Positions 24,459-39,440 of a DNA stretch of 64,000 nt are shown here, piece after piece. The DNA is taken from positions 28,150,001 to 28,214,000 of the forward strand of contig CM119372.1 in the NCBI GenBank assembly GCA_051294905.1, in the 5' to 3' direction. Source of the DNA: Botryllus schlosseri (taxonomy: Eukaryota). Under the pieces are notes generated by a model. The model saw only the letters and a program-made list of their open reading frames with translations, was not told the origin of the DNA and did not search any database. Position 1 is the first letter of the stretch, and each line of letters opens with the position of its first letter. Made by a program: the position numbers and the translations under genes.

Positions 24459-26394
24459 TTATACATATATCCGCCGGTAACTGTATAGACTTGTATTTGT
24501 GTTCTCTTTGCATTCATATACAGCAGCTCAGTAAATTTTATATAGCCGACTCGATGAAATATGAGTTCATGTGCATGCTACATACCATCAGAAAAGCAAG
24601 TATCTTCGCGTAAAGTAAACATTCGTGCCATACAAAGCATATTCTATTATATATATTATTGATTTTATGAAAAGTTTCACTGCTGAATACATCGTTATGT
24701 TATATTCGATAGTCGTCTCTGCTTCTGTACGGCGACTTCATGCTACTTAATACGTACTTATTGTTGACCGATCAAATGTTGCATTCAACAATCACAATAC
24801 TTCTCATGCTCACCTTATATTTTCCAGTCCACCCGTAATATTGGAGCTTGCTTTCTAGTCAAAGAGTGTATCAAAACATGATCGTTAAGAATTATTTCCT
24901 GACCCTGCATTGAGGTCAGGTCTACCTGACTAGGGATAATACCACTACAGACTACATCATGGGGACGGTGCTGCACACCGTCCAGAACTAACATGATGAA
25001 AAGTAGATAGCAGCTCTATTGTGACTCTATCGAATAGCCTACCCTACCTATCGGCAATACCATTATTGGTGTCCTGTCATTTGTGCTCCTTTATCAGCGG
25101 TTGAAGCTGCTGGGGATTTTACGTCATATAGGCTATGCGTGTCTGCATGCCCCCTGAATATTTGCACAGTTCATATCCAAAATTCCAAAAAGATCCGATA
25201 AGCTCCTGACAATTCCGGGCAGCGCCCGATTTTGGAATCACTGGTTCGTGTACTTGAAATCGAATTTCAGTTGAAGAATGGAAACTACTATAGGGTTGCC
25301 ATACGTCCGGAATTTCCCGGATATGTCCGGAATTTCACTGTTAAAACTGCGTCCCGGAGGAATTTCTAAAATAAGCCTCAATGTCCGGAATTTTGAAGGT
25401 TTGAAATAGGATCAAAATGCTTTCGTAAATCAACAGTAACGATATTATTCTTGGGCAGATTTATGCCACTTAAAATTTTTTATCGCACTGCGCGCGACTT
25501 AGTGTCGCAATCATGGATTTTGATGTGCGAACCACCACCCTCGCAAAACATGCAATCAAAAATTATTTAAAATAACCATCATTTACTGAAATAAGTCTTA
25601 TTGTAATTGCAATTACAGGAAAACGGTGTATTACTAGAGTCGGGTAACGCCATTTAGATGCTTTAGTCAAAGATATTGGCTCTAAACCTGGGGGCCGTTT
25701 GTCTTTATTCTGGGGTTCGCGAAGATGTTGAACGTAATCAGTTTCCAAAATAGGCCGTGAGTAAGCCTGGGCAAATGTGCTGACCGTTTTTCAGTAATAA
25801 TAAGCTTATGGAATTCTGAGCTGGGTCACAAAACATTTTCAAATTAGAAACGGAGTCGCGACGATGAATGGTTGAAACCCACAGGATCTGCACTTAGGTT
25901 CATAAATAGTCTTATCTTCGTGACATGACTTTACGATGTATAATTCCGTTCCCTGTATTTTCGAAGTCATCATCCTCCACCAGCTCCACCGCTAATTATG
26001 ATCATGATCATGTATGGGCAGAGAAAGGATTAAAATATTATAGTAATACAGGGAAGAAGCAATATATTATAGACTGATTTCATTCACAAAATTTACGACC
26101 AGATGCATATAGAAACCAGATGTATATAGTGAGACCCCGGAATTTACATCGATTACCCTATGGTGAGCTCAAGATTAGTGTTTATGTGGACAGGAGGTGG
26201 CTGAAAAATGTTGGTTCGAGCCTGGCCACAAGACACAGCTGTTATGTTCTTGATCATGTTTGAACAATGACTTATACGACGAGGTTGCAATATAAAATCA
26301 GTATATTACCAACAGAATAACTTCAAGAGATGCTACACGATCCAGAGTGCAGTTAAACGAAAGACTCGTAGACAACAGAACACAGGGTATAAAT

Positions 26395-28264
26395 CAGTGT
26401 TGGGATGACTCGAGTCATGACTTGACTCGAGTCATGACTTGACTCGAGTCACTTTTTCGTATGACTTGACTTGACTCGAGTCCCTTTGCTAAAATGACTT
26501 GACTTGACTTGACTCGGCGTATCAGAAATGTGGATTGACTCGTGACTCGGAGCAAAATTCACGAGTCAATTTCAAGTCATCAAGTAATCGGTGTCGATAA
26601 AATTAACTGTATCTTGCATATGTTCGGATTGTTCGCGCAATGCTGGTGTGACCCGTGAGAGCGACCAGTCATTCAATGATCGTGCGTTGTACGGAGTCTC
26701 CATTGTTTTCTCACAAATATATTGATCGCAAACGAAGTTATCGAAGCTTACAGCCTACGTTGTCGTAAACTATAGTATAGTTCAGTGTTGGGATGACTCG
26801 AGTCAGACTCGAGTCACCTTTTTCATATGACTTGACTTGACTCGAGTCACTTTGCAAAAATGACTTGACTTGACTTGACTCGACGCTTCAGAAATGCGGA
26901 TTGACTCGTGACTCGGAGCAAAATTTTTCGAGTCAATTTCAAGTCATCAAGCAATCGCTGTCGATAAAAATCGCTGTATCTTGCTTATGGTCGGATTGTT
27001 CGCGAAACGCTGGTGTAAACCGTGCGTTTTATTGGGCCTCCGTTGTTTTCTAAAAAATATATTGACCGCAAACGAAGTGATCGAAGCTTACAGCCTACGC
27101 TGTCGTAAACTAGTATAGTAATGTAATTGTACAGCAAAAATTCTATTTCTGTTCTCTGTTCATACCTCAACCAAACCTCTTGTCTTTGGGAAATTGAATT
27201 CGAATATAGTTTATATAGTCATCAACCATTAGCGCAGGCTCGAATTGTATCATATCAATTTGTAAATGGGTAATGTATTGCATCTTATCAATTCGTTTCT
27301 CTATTCTCTGTATTAGCTGGTAACTATAAACTGATGCTATGTATAATTACTTACGTAGATTAGCATTTCTACGTATATGTGAGCGATACAACGCTTTCTT
27401 GCGTATATTTCACTTTATTTTCGTTCATCGGTTCAGAATCTATGACAGCTAGCAAAATGCCATGACGTAAGCATTGCCTCATACTTTCAAAAGACAGCTT
27501 GACTTGAATTGTGACTTGACTCGTGACTTGACTTGACTTGACTCGACTTGACTCGAGTCACCTTCGAAAATCGATTGACTTGACTTGACTCGAGTCAAAA
27601 TGTGCATTGACTCGAAATGACTCCTGACTCGAAGGTAGTGACTTGATCCCAACACTGGTATAGTTAAGTAATTTAATAGCAAAATGTCTATTTTTGTTGT
27701 GTTCTCAACTTAACCAAACCACTCGTTTCATTGAAATTGAATTCGAAAATAGTTTATATAGTCCTCAACCATTGGAGCAGGCTCGAATTGTATCATATCA
27801 ATTTGCAAAAGGGTCATGTATTGCATCTTATCAATTCGTTTCTCTATATTCTCTATTTTGGCTGGTAACTATAAACTGAGGCTGTGCATTACTTACGTAG
27901 TTTATTAGTTCTACTTCTATGTGAGCGATACAGCGCCTTAATTGCGTGTATATTTAACTCTATATCCCTTCATCGGTTCAAATTTAAAGACCACTCAATC
28001 TGTATTTCAGACAGCTGGCAAAGTACAATGACGTAATCACGCCTCATACCTCGAAAAGACAATTTGACTTGAATTGTGACTTGACTTGTGACTTGACTTG
28101 ACTTGACTTGACTCGACTTGACTCGAGTCACCTCCAAAAATCGACTGACTTGACTTGACTCGAGTCACCTTCGAAAATCGATTGACTTGACTTGACTCGA
28201 GTCAAAATGTGCAATGACTCGAAATGACTCGTGACTCGAAGGTAGTGACTTGATTCCAACACTG
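26395..28264. mobile_element. gacttgactcgagtc-rich hAT-type MITE (outer copy)
   Basis: TIR cagtgttggga / ttccaacactg; perfect TSD GTATAAAT. Confidence 0.9.
26783..27657. mobile_element. Same-family MITE inserted into its own sister copy
   Basis: TIR cagtgttggga / tcccaacactg; perfect TSD GTATAGTT; collinear with the two halves of 26395-28264. Confidence 0.9.
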
Positions 28265-28707
28265 GTATAAATACGAAGAACGACACACGAGGAAGTAATG
28301 ATTGGCGGTAATTACTAATCCTAGACAAATTAGAGACTATAAACGATACCAACGTAAAATGCACGAACATAACAACAACCACGTAAATGCACCGACTTAA
28401 CGTTATAGCGGCTCCTGATCCGGATCGTGACCACCAATGGTCGATAGGCAGAGCTTTGGTAGTGTGCCGTCATATTGATAGACAATGTGTCATACCTCAT
28501 TTTAAAATCCGCTAGTGGGCGCAAAAGAGTGTCCGGAGTTTGCTACGCAAAAATATGGTAACCCTAAACTACTAGAACAGTGCGACTCCTATAACCAATG
28601 TAGAACTTCAGCAATACCTATAACGCTTGCTTCGCCGACTGCAACACATTAATGAATTCACTGATTCACCCGCTTTACTCAAGAAGCATCCAAGACAGTG
28701 CCACGTA

Positions 28708-29128
28708 TAAGGTTGCATTTAAAACAAAAATCAATTTAAAAGAAACATGTTTAAAACAAATCCCTTGTTTAAAACATGTTTTTTAAGCCATGACGTCACG
28801 AATATTCAATTGTGACATCTTATTGGATTGACACTGACAATTGATAATATAGGGTAAATAATGCTCCTTTGACGAACTATCTACGTATTATAGCTGTTGA
28901 ACCGGCTATTTTGAGGGTTCCAACCATCCCATATCGTATACGTCGGATATATCGGGTGGTAATTATCAGCAGGGCATACAACATGTCTTTGGAACGTATT
29001 TACACAATTATGGCATAATTTTACAACCTGAAAAAAACATATTTTTTAAGGTTATTGTTTAAAACACTCTTTAAAACATGTTTTAATCAAAGTGTTTTAA
29101 ACAACCATTTGTTTTAAATGCAACCCTA
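28708..29128. mobile_element. hAT-type MITE with gtttaaaac subterminal repeats
   Basis: TIR taaggttgcatttaaaac / gttttaaatgcaacccta; perfect TSD GCCACGTA; relatives at ~48680-49124 and ~53585-53985. Confidence 0.85.
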
Positions 29129-29439
29129 GCCACGTATCTTATTATTTGTACATTGTACAGTCATATCACAATTTGGAACAACCTGACCCCTGAGGAAAAT
29201 GTAGAGATTAAAGTAAACTTTTAATTTCAGTAGTATAGTGAAATTGTTATTCTTATGCAATACGTGAAGATGTGAGATTTCGAAATTGTGGTAGATGAGG
29301 AATTGGCAACTTTGCTGACGATAGAGAGAATGAAACTGAAGAATCGAAATTACAGAAGTTACGCTATCCTTTTCGACTACAAGTGTAAATTAGTTCAGTG
29401 TTTCATTCAAGGTTTCCCTGAAGAATATCTACACCTTCC

Positions 29440-29800
29440 AATTAAGTGATCTTTGGGATCATGTCGAATCGGGTGTTTCTCGGAATCTCATGTTTTTTTT
29501 GCTGGCCATGCCTTGTACCGCCAATGACTACCGACGTACCGCCGATACAATGTGTATCTTGCATCGCGAAGTTTTCTCACATTCCATTTTGAGCTCGGCG
29601 TATTTTTATTTGTTTTCCGCTTTCTTTATGTGCACGATTTGGTCAGTTTGGGACGGCAAGTTCAATGAATATTCATTCCTTTTGATTTTTTAGTTTCAAT
29701 ATTTTCATATCTGGGTGGTTACTCCTGATTTCGCGATCAGGTATGACTGGTACATTGCACAGGATTTTTACTTCGTCGTTTTCTGTTACTGGTGCTGGTC
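29440..29800 (-). mobile_element. Decayed non-LTR retrotransposon with a restriction-like endonuclease domain (R2/R4/NeSL group)
   Basis: Minus strand reads 'PAPVTENDEVKILCNVPVIPDREIRSNHPDMKIL..(fs)IFIELAVP..KKAENK*KYAELKMECEK', matching EN..KILWD..I.TD..I..NRPD...ID.AVP...E.EK..KY..L. Confidence 0.7.
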
Positions 29801-30455
29801 TGCAATTATTATCATTGTTATTTGAGGTGAGCTGGGAGTGGCGTTTGTCCCCGTATACGGCCGTGTAAACCACGGACCATAATCTTTTTTCCAGTATTTG
29901 CTTTCTATGACGTCGACCAGTGACGATAATTAATGGAACATGAAATGATGAACTCGGCGGCCGGAGTAGAGCATAAGAAGGCCTACATGAATTAATGCAA
30001 TCGGAATTTTAAGTTTCACGCATGCATCGGTATGAAACGAACGGAATAAGTCGGATTTTCTGTACCAGTATTGTATGACTATCGATCGCTTCACAGAGAG
30101 AAAATAATCTCAACCACTCTGGAATGGGTGTGCCGCTAGTCTGCAATGTCCGGTTTGTAGACGAGAAACAAAAACGCTATTTGGATAGCTTCTGACATCG
30201 CTGCCGTCTGGAAGGTCGGAATATGCCGTAGTGGGATCCTCTCTACTCGTCAGCACTGAACTTCACAAGCCAGTGGTATCTGCTGAGCTGGTGAATGAGA
30301 GTAATGGTAAGACTATTCAAAGCAAAGGCTCAAAAACTTAACGATGACGTATCCGGCCAAAAAAACGATCCACAATGTACGATTATAACTAATCGGAAAT
30401 TGAATGTATCCATGATGTTTCGGGCGCGACCCACAGACTGTGAAGTGCTGCATTA

Positions 30456-32086
<1,631 letters not shown>

Positions 32087-32518
32087 ATCGGGCAAGCAGA
32101 TTGTAAACTGGTATTCCAGCTTATGTGTATACATATGTGCCCAATGCAATATGTACTGTCAGTTCAGTAAATTGTATCATTTACAGATATGGGTCGACAT
32201 TAGCATGCTCGATACCATAAAAAGTAATGTATTTCCGTAAAGTATACATTTGCGTTTGAAGTATATTCCATTAGTCGTTTTATTGACTGTTTTATTGCTG
32301 AGTGCATCGATATATGTTAGATTTGCCAAGTTTTACTGTTTTGATATACTGTATCATGCCCACCGCTGCGTATTTATTGCTTGCATTGACCATCTAGTCT
32401 AGACACAAGCAGGTACAAAGCCATCACAAGACGTAACAAAATCAGATAAAATCATTTTGACTGACCTTTTAAAAATCTTGGAATAATTGGTGGGCTCTGA
32501 TTCCGAAATGTTATTATT

Positions 32519-33310
32519 CGGGCGATTTTTTACCTAAAACGGAAGATTTTGACATAAAGAAATCGCAATTTTGACATTTTGTGACCTTAAAAAACTTAAT
32601 TTGACCGAATTCCCACATAATGTTAGGATTATACTACTTACCTTCATTTCTGTTTGGAACTGTCTGCCCTTACGAGGGCTTGAAAAAACTTTTTTGACTT
32701 CAAAACTGACAAATTTTTACATGAAAAAACTCTATTTTAACTAAATCTGGACCTATGAAGAATTCCGGTATAGTTGCATCACGCCTTATCGTAGAAATAA
32801 TTAAAACTTGTTGGAGTACAACGAAAGACACTTTTCTACATTCTCGGGTAGAAAGTGTCCGTCATCAGTAAGTAGCTTGCCAAGAATGGAGAAAGAGCGT
32901 TCTCAGCAGCAGCGATTGTTGGCTGGCAACATTGAAGTTGTGCGTACACTGCTGGTGATGCACCGTGTTGCTTCATTTCGACGATGTTGTCTACATCACA
33001 ATTTTTCATCGTGCGCTTCTTGATCTAAGAACCAATGTCCACGCAGTCTTGCTTCAGTGAGGATATTGCGGTACGTTGAGCATAACACCATATCAACCTC
33101 TTTGTTTCATTTGACTGTCTATGATTCACAATGAGCAGACAATGGGTTGTCTACAACGATAGGCCTACAGAGAACATACTCCAACAAATTTCAAACGAAA
33201 TGCAGGTTGCAAAAAATTTTTGACTTTGTAAATAATTTTGACAATTTTTTGACCCAACGCTACAATAATGACAACATTTTGACTTATTCCGGCATGTCAA
33301 AAAAATCTCT
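32519..33310. mobile_element. Older copy of the tagggcgatttt-TIR MITE (sister of 52259-53460)
   Basis: Collinear with 52259-53460 but lacks that copy's SINE and 36-bp hairpin insertions; ttttgac subterminal repeats. Confidence 0.75.
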
Positions 33311-33442
33311 CCAGTCATTATATTCCGTTATCATTAATAATTAGCCATCTGTGGGGCAGAGGTGGGGTGACTAATACGCACGACATAATGAATAGCGAAA
33401 ATTCCAGTTATAGTATTATCATATCCCTTATAAAGGCTAGAG

Positions 33443-34281
33443 CAGCGGTTCTCAACCGATGGTCCGCGAAGCATTTTCAGGGGGTCCGCGAAGCCTCAAA
33501 ATAGTTGATAACCTAATTTGTATTTTTTTAATTAGGAAAATCACGAGACAGTTTCGCTTTATTACTAGTAAAACTCCAGAGCTCACATCAACAGAACGGC
33601 CGTCTGAGATGAAATATCCTACTCTGCAGACTCATTTTCATTCCTAAATTGCCAATTGATACAAACATTTTGCTGATTAGAGATGGTTTGTTGAGGATTG
33701 TGGAAAATACAAAAATTTGGATGAGTAAGGTCAGTCACAGTGACTTCGAAATGTTTACAAAAATCCATTTTCTCCTGTGATATACATAACCATTTTTTCA
33801 TAATAACTTCAAGATAAGCTGCTGGATAGAAATGACCAGGCTTGACGTTATATGTTCATTGAAAAATTTGTTTGTCAATTTGGTGCCATGTTGCGATCAT
33901 ACCCAAATGTGTCGTCGGAAGCGTTACGCTTTATTATTACATTCGCCACCGCCTATATTTGTGAAAATGGGTTTTCGGCACTCGTTCATATCAAATCAAA
34001 GACGCGGATTTTCAAGACACGACCACGTATTTCAACAAATACTGTTAAAGAATTCGCTTTCAAATAATAGAACCCAATTTCTACATGAATTGTATGATCT
34101 TATTTTCAAGAAAAGTCATTTTGTAGCTGTTTATCACTATGCCTACAGTTATCATTTGCACAAAACCGATGACGATTGCACGATAATTGAGCTAAATTTG
34201 AGCTAAAACTTCGTGGGGGTCCGCGGGGGTCTGTGAAGGTCCAAAAGGGGTCCGCGATAACAAAAAGGTTGAGAACCACTG
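33443..34281 (+). mobile_element. Buster/Charlie hAT deletion derivative with a transposase C-terminal remnant
   Basis: TIR cagcggttctcaacc / ggttgagaaccactg; perfect TSD GGCTAGAG; encodes 'YPNVSSEALRFIITFATAYICENGFSALVHIKSKTR'. Confidence 0.9.
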
Positions 34282-34384
34282 GGCTAGAGGGTATTATGCC
34301 AGCATTGTTGAGCTGTGGGTTCAGGTCTGCCATACATAGATTTGAAGAACTAAATGAAGTATAAAGTTCAGTTAACTGATATAT

Positions 34385-35471
34385 CAGTGGTTCTCAACCG
34401 GGGGTCCCCGAAGCATTTTCAGGGGGTCCGCGAAGCCTCAAAATAGTTGATAACCGAATTTGGATTTTTTTTTCGGAAAATCACGAAGCACAGTTCCGCT
34501 TCATTACTAGTAAAACTCCAGAGCTCACATCAACAGTATGGTCGTCTGAGATGAAATATCCTACTGTGCAGGCAGACTCATTTTAATTACTAAATTGCCA
34601 ATAGCGTAATGATACAAACTTTTTGCTGTTTAAAGATGTTTTGCAGGGGATTGTGGAAAAAAGTTGGATGAGTAAGGTCAATCACGGTGACTTCGAAATA
34701 TTTACAAAAATCCAATTTCTCCGGTGATATACGTAACCATTTTTCCATGATAACTTCAAGATAAGTTGCTAGATAGAAATGACCAGGCTTTACGTTATAT
34801 GTGCATTAAAAAAATCTTTGTCAATTTTGGTCCCATATTTGTTGCGATCATACCCAAATGTGTCGTCGGAAGCGTTACGCGGTATTATTACATTCGCCAC
34901 AACCTACATTTGTGGAAATGGATTTTCGGCACTGGTTCATATCAAATCAAAGGCGCGGATTTTTAAGACACTGTTGTTTGTTTGTTTTTATTGAACAATT
35001 TTTGGCACTTATCACCGGTAAGGTCATTTGCGCCCGATCATGAATATTTTTCTTTGCTTGGTCTTTTGCTTGTGGTACGATTTTTGCGGACGACTTCCAA
35101 TCCCACTCCAGGTATTTCACTCTCTCTCGCACTCGCACGCGTCCTTGTAAGAGTCTGTAGTAGCCGATTTTCGTAAGCTCGACTTTACTTCATCTGGGCT
35201 TTTCGTACGACACTGCATTTGCGTATTTCAAGAAATGCAGTTGCAGAATTCGCTTTGAAATATTAAAAGTTAACACAATTTTTATATACATAGTATGATA
35301 TTACTTTCAAGAAAAGTCATTTTGTTGCTATTTATCACTAAGCCTACGGTTATCATTTGCACAAGACAAAAGACCATTGCACGATATTTTAGCTAAAACT
35401 TCGTGGGGGTCCGCGGGGGTCCGTGACGGTCCGGAAAGGATCCGCGAAAACAGAAAGGTTGAGAACCACTG
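34385..35471 (+). mobile_element. Second copy of the same Buster/Charlie derivative
   Basis: TIR cagtggttctcaacc / ggttgagaaccactg; flanks TGATATAT/CCATATAT; encodes 'YPNVSSEALRGIITFATTYICGNGFSALVHIKSKAR'; has ~240 bp extra internal sequence. Confidence 0.85.
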
Positions 35472-35619
35472 CCATATATGATTTGATGCTGTGGTGATCT
35501 AGGTCCGAATAGCTGTTTTGGCGAGCATCACAAAACTCTAATTGCAAGTTATTTCGTCCTCCAGTAAGGGTTTAATAAACTAGTAGATGTTATAAAGTTT
35601 CTCTTTGTAGAGTGATAAC

Positions 35620-36902
35620 TAGGGCAAGTATTGGTTGTACTTAAATCGTGGGAAAGCTGGACTTAAATTTAATAAAAGTTGCAGTAAAAAGTTGCATTTA
35701 TAATTCTTTTAAATATATTAGGGTATGAGATACTAGGGAAGTTTAAGATTTGCAGGGTATCTGCTTGCTTCGTTTCTTTCTCCGTTATAATCGATGTTGA
35801 ATGCATTTTTTTATGTTCTTTTGATTTGAAACCAACATGACACCATTTCCCTGTCAGTTCCTGAAGACTTGTCATATTTGGTACTTTCCCATTTCTCGAC
35901 GCGAGACCGCCGAAAATTAAATGTTTTGCCGGTATGCAGCAAGAAATTAACGCAATGCGGGAATAACTTTCCGAAAAAAGTCAAACAGCAAAGAGATAAC
36001 CCATAGAACAAGTCCCAATACCCCACCCCAAAGCCACTAGGTTTGCAAACTTGACCCAAGGCATTGCAGCAAAAGTCCGTGTTAGCGACTTTACCAAAAT
36101 CAAAAGCCTGAAAAGGTGACCCAGAGAAAATGTAATTACCAGCGGTCTCGCCTGGCAGTTCATCAAAGGGGAAAGGACCTCAAATTGTAACGTTAGTGTA
36201 TCAATCAAGCGATATATAGTTGAGGCACAGTCATGCTAAGGTTACCATACGTCCTCTTTTTGACTTTCTTGAAAGCGTCCTCGGAGGACGCGCAAATGTC
36301 CTCTTTTTTGAGATTTTGTCCTCTTTTTGAGAATTAGGTTAATATAGGTCAAGATTCGACTGACATTCATTAAATCAGCACTGAAGTAACGCTCACGTGA
36401 CTATTTCGAGAGCTGAGCCGGAGAGTTGACTTTTTTTTAGTCAACCGACCACGAAGTGCAAAAAATTTACCATTTTTTCAGGATTTCCCTCCGGTATTGC
36501 AAGTCTGACAATTTTGAAAAAGTGTCCTCTTTTCAGATTTCAAAAATATGGTAACCCTGTGTCAGGCTTGGCTGTGCCGCTGTGGTATTTCAACTTCTAG
36601 CTTGCTAACCATTGCGTCATAGCTAACATTAAGATGAAGCTAATCCATCACATAGCTCTTTGTTGAGCAAATCAAAGAGAGCACAATACTAGAAATAGTT
36701 TTACAGCATGTTCTTTGAATCACACCTTTACATTTCGAGCAATAGTTGATAAAAGTTGCCTGAAAAAGTAGTAAAAGTTGCAAAATGTTGCAATGTAAGA
36801 CTTCTTCTAACAGTTTAAAACACCACACTGCATTCATTCTGCGTATTTAGGAAGATCCCGGAACTGTAAAAAAAGTTGCAAAAGTTGCAAAAACTTGCCC
36901 CT
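35620..36902. mobile_element. Decayed MITE with aaaagttgca subterminal repeats
   Basis: Ends tagggcaagt / acttgcccct; flanks GTGATAAC/GTGTTGAC (6/8). Confidence 0.55.
36237..36559. mobile_element. Small MITE (gggttaccata TIR, tgtcctc repeats); inverted sister at 47288-47645
   Basis: Ends taaggttaccatac / atatggtaaccctg; flanks AGTCATGC/TGTCAGGC. Confidence 0.7.
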
Positions 36903-38361
36903 GTGTTGACTTGTCATTATGTAATCGAATCAACTCTTCTTTTCGACATAGAAGTCGCACATGGCAACAGTCAATACAAAATTCATCAGATTTATTTCAC
37001 TATGTTTGTCGAAATTTCGCAGGTGTAAAGCAGGGGCGTCGAACATACGGCCCGCGGGCCGCATCCAGCCTATACCAGTCGATTTCATCTGGCCCGCGAA
37101 GCAATCCTGATTAGATTGAACATTTTTTATACTAACCAGCATATTTGTAAGAAATGTTGCGATTTTTGCAAGAAATACCTTCATTATAAATATTCCTCAA
37201 AGACAGCTACTGTCGGGCTTGTTCATAGGCCACTATATACCCACCAGACTACGGCGTTGTGGTTTCCGCTCTCTCTCTAATTCGAGAAGGCAAAAAGTAC
37301 ACACCGAGTTCAGAGTTTTATGGAAAAATGGACAAAAAGTACCTATTCCCAGAAGCGAAAACGCCATTGCGCAACCGTTATATGCAGTTTACATGGAAAA
37401 TATATAAGTTACACAAATATATAATTCAAATATATATAATCACATCTGCTTACGCCCGATTGCGACTACAGCAAAGGGAGCATAGAAATATGCCAACTTA
37501 TATCACCGTTAGTACAACTGTTTTATCGGTTCATCTTAATTGTATTCAACCGGACAATCATCGTATTTTTGCCAATTCCATTGTTCGCTTATAAAGGGGT
37601 TGCGACTTGCTTGAATGAAACCTTATATCAGTGGTTCCCAACCAGGGAGGAATTCCCCCCTTAGGGGGAATTTTGCGATTTTTAGGGAGGAATTCCACTT
37701 TAGAATTGTAACGAATTTCCCAAATTGTTCATGTCCGAACCACTGGCGTAGCAGCATGTGCTGCCGCTCCTGGCTCTCTTGAAAATGCCGCCCCCTAGGT
37801 AGACCTCATCAAATTTCGACATAGATTGATGTTCAAGTAATCTTGTCAATAGGAATAATTACAAATAATATGCCGCTTCTCAGCTTCACCGTCTCGACGT
37901 TAATGACGCCAAAAATAATAAAAACAAGAAATAGCGAACGAATGTATTGTACAAGTAGAAAATCAATGGCCGCCTCAAAGCAAAAGCAGCGATAATATCC
38001 TCAAATTCAAGTTTTTGAACATAGTCTCTTTCTATAGACAGAATGGATGGAGCTGATAGCCGATCATTATTCATGAATCATGATAGAACTAAATATATAA
38101 GACTTAATCAGTTTGAGCTTTGAGAAGCTCCTCACACAGCTCGCAGTTGAAACACCAATGTCCAGATAAAGTTTCAGACACGAGCATAAATACGGTGTCG
38201 AATCAAGTAGCTTTGCATTAAACAACCACTGTAAAACATCAGACGTTGTTGCACTACGATCAAACGTGGTTTCACTGCTCCGCACCAGCCTCTTAACCCT
38301 TTTAAAATCTCAAGTTGAACAACTTCATATGATTATAACTTAATTTGTGTTCGTCCTAGAG

Positions 38362-38688
38362 CAGTGGTTCGCAACTTTTTTTTAGACACGCCCCTCTTTA
38401 GGATAGTGAAAAATTCCGCGCCCTCGTATCGTCATATTACAAGATCCAACAGGGATGCTAGCAACCCTAACAGATTGTTTGATGGCATGGAAGGTTCTGA
38501 CTGTTGATGAGAGAATTCAAAAATAAGAAACTGGGTCTATATATAGAGAAACACGCGCGAATTGGAGGTAAATCGCGCATAGCGCGAAAAAAATTCATTT
38601 GACCGGTTCTTCGCGCCCCCGCTTAAGATGCTTTCACGCCCCCCCCCCCCAACCAACGGGGGCGCGCCCCCCAGGTTCAGAACCCCTG
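38362..38688. mobile_element. Small hAT MITE, level 4 of the nest
   Basis: Ends cagtggttcgcaac / gttcagaacccctg; perfect TSD TCCTAGAG. Confidence 0.85.
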
Positions 38689-39227
38689 TCCTAGAGGCCT
38701 CATATTGGTTTGTACGAAAAGCTAGCAATCTTCTGCTTTATATGATCCCTAATTCGAGGTATACGGCATGACAATTTTCGCAGCTAACACCAAAAAGTCC
38801 ACCTCGTCGCCATAAGTGCTTCTAAAAGCGCTGGTGAATAAATTGTGACTTTCGCTTTGCAGCAGCGCGTGGGAATTCAAAAATCCAAATATATCATTTA
38901 AGTGGTGAATGCCGGTAAACCTAGTTTCAGCTTCAAGTTTAAATCTGTCCTATGCTTGAAACATGCATCGTCTAAATTCTTCAACAACACTGAGGCCAGC
39001 ATCTTCTGTTTGTTCGCCAGACATTCTCCTTTTTCTGCGAACTCTCCGAACAATCGGCCGTGACGGCTATTTCGGAGTGATTCCATCGCCATGTTAACAT
39101 ATTAATTCGTGTTTTCGGAATCAGCGCGACACTAGCTTTCGATTGAGACCTGTTTGATTAAATTTCAGCTGACGGGACGCCAGCTAAAGGACTACCAAGC
39201 ACTCTTCTTTTAGCCGGCTGTCTACAC

Positions 39228-39440
39228 GCCGCGCGAGATAGTGTAATGGTGATGCGTCCGGCTTCTTGATCGGTAGGTTGTGGGCCCGATCCCCGGCCGG
39301 GTCAGACCGAAGACTCGAAAACTGGTATCCGCGGTTATCCCGCTAGACGCCCAGCAATCACGGAGGAGAAAAAAACGGGGTGCAGACTAGATGACCTCAC
39401 TATAAAGTCCTTATCGCATCTCCGTCTTCAAACCATCACG
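39228..39440 (+). mobile_element. tRNA-derived SINE, second family (possible Meta-domain SINE)
   Basis: A-box-like tagtgtaatggtg and a degenerate B box, followed by 'gggtcagaccgaagactcgaaaactggtatccgcggttatcccgctagacgcccagca', which resembles the conserved MetaSINE core as I recall it. Confidence 0.5.

Larger units (their letters stand above)
25291..28566. mobile_element. hAT-type MITE (tagggttgccata TIR) carrying two nested elements
   Basis: TIR tagggttgccata / tatggtaacccta; perfect TSD AACTACTA; sister copy at 44515-45785. Confidence 0.9.

Noticed and set aside
26395..28264. Dense gacttgactcgagtc repeats superficially resembling a CRISPR array or satellite
   Set aside because: There is no regular repeat-spacer periodicity; they are subterminal repeats between TIRs and TSDs of MITEs in eukaryotic DNA.
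32087..32149. 21-aa N-terminal extension of CYP4 copy 4 suggested by the ORF track
   Set aside because: Paralogues start at the position equivalent to 32086, and the upstream ATGs lie in the shared non-coding flank.
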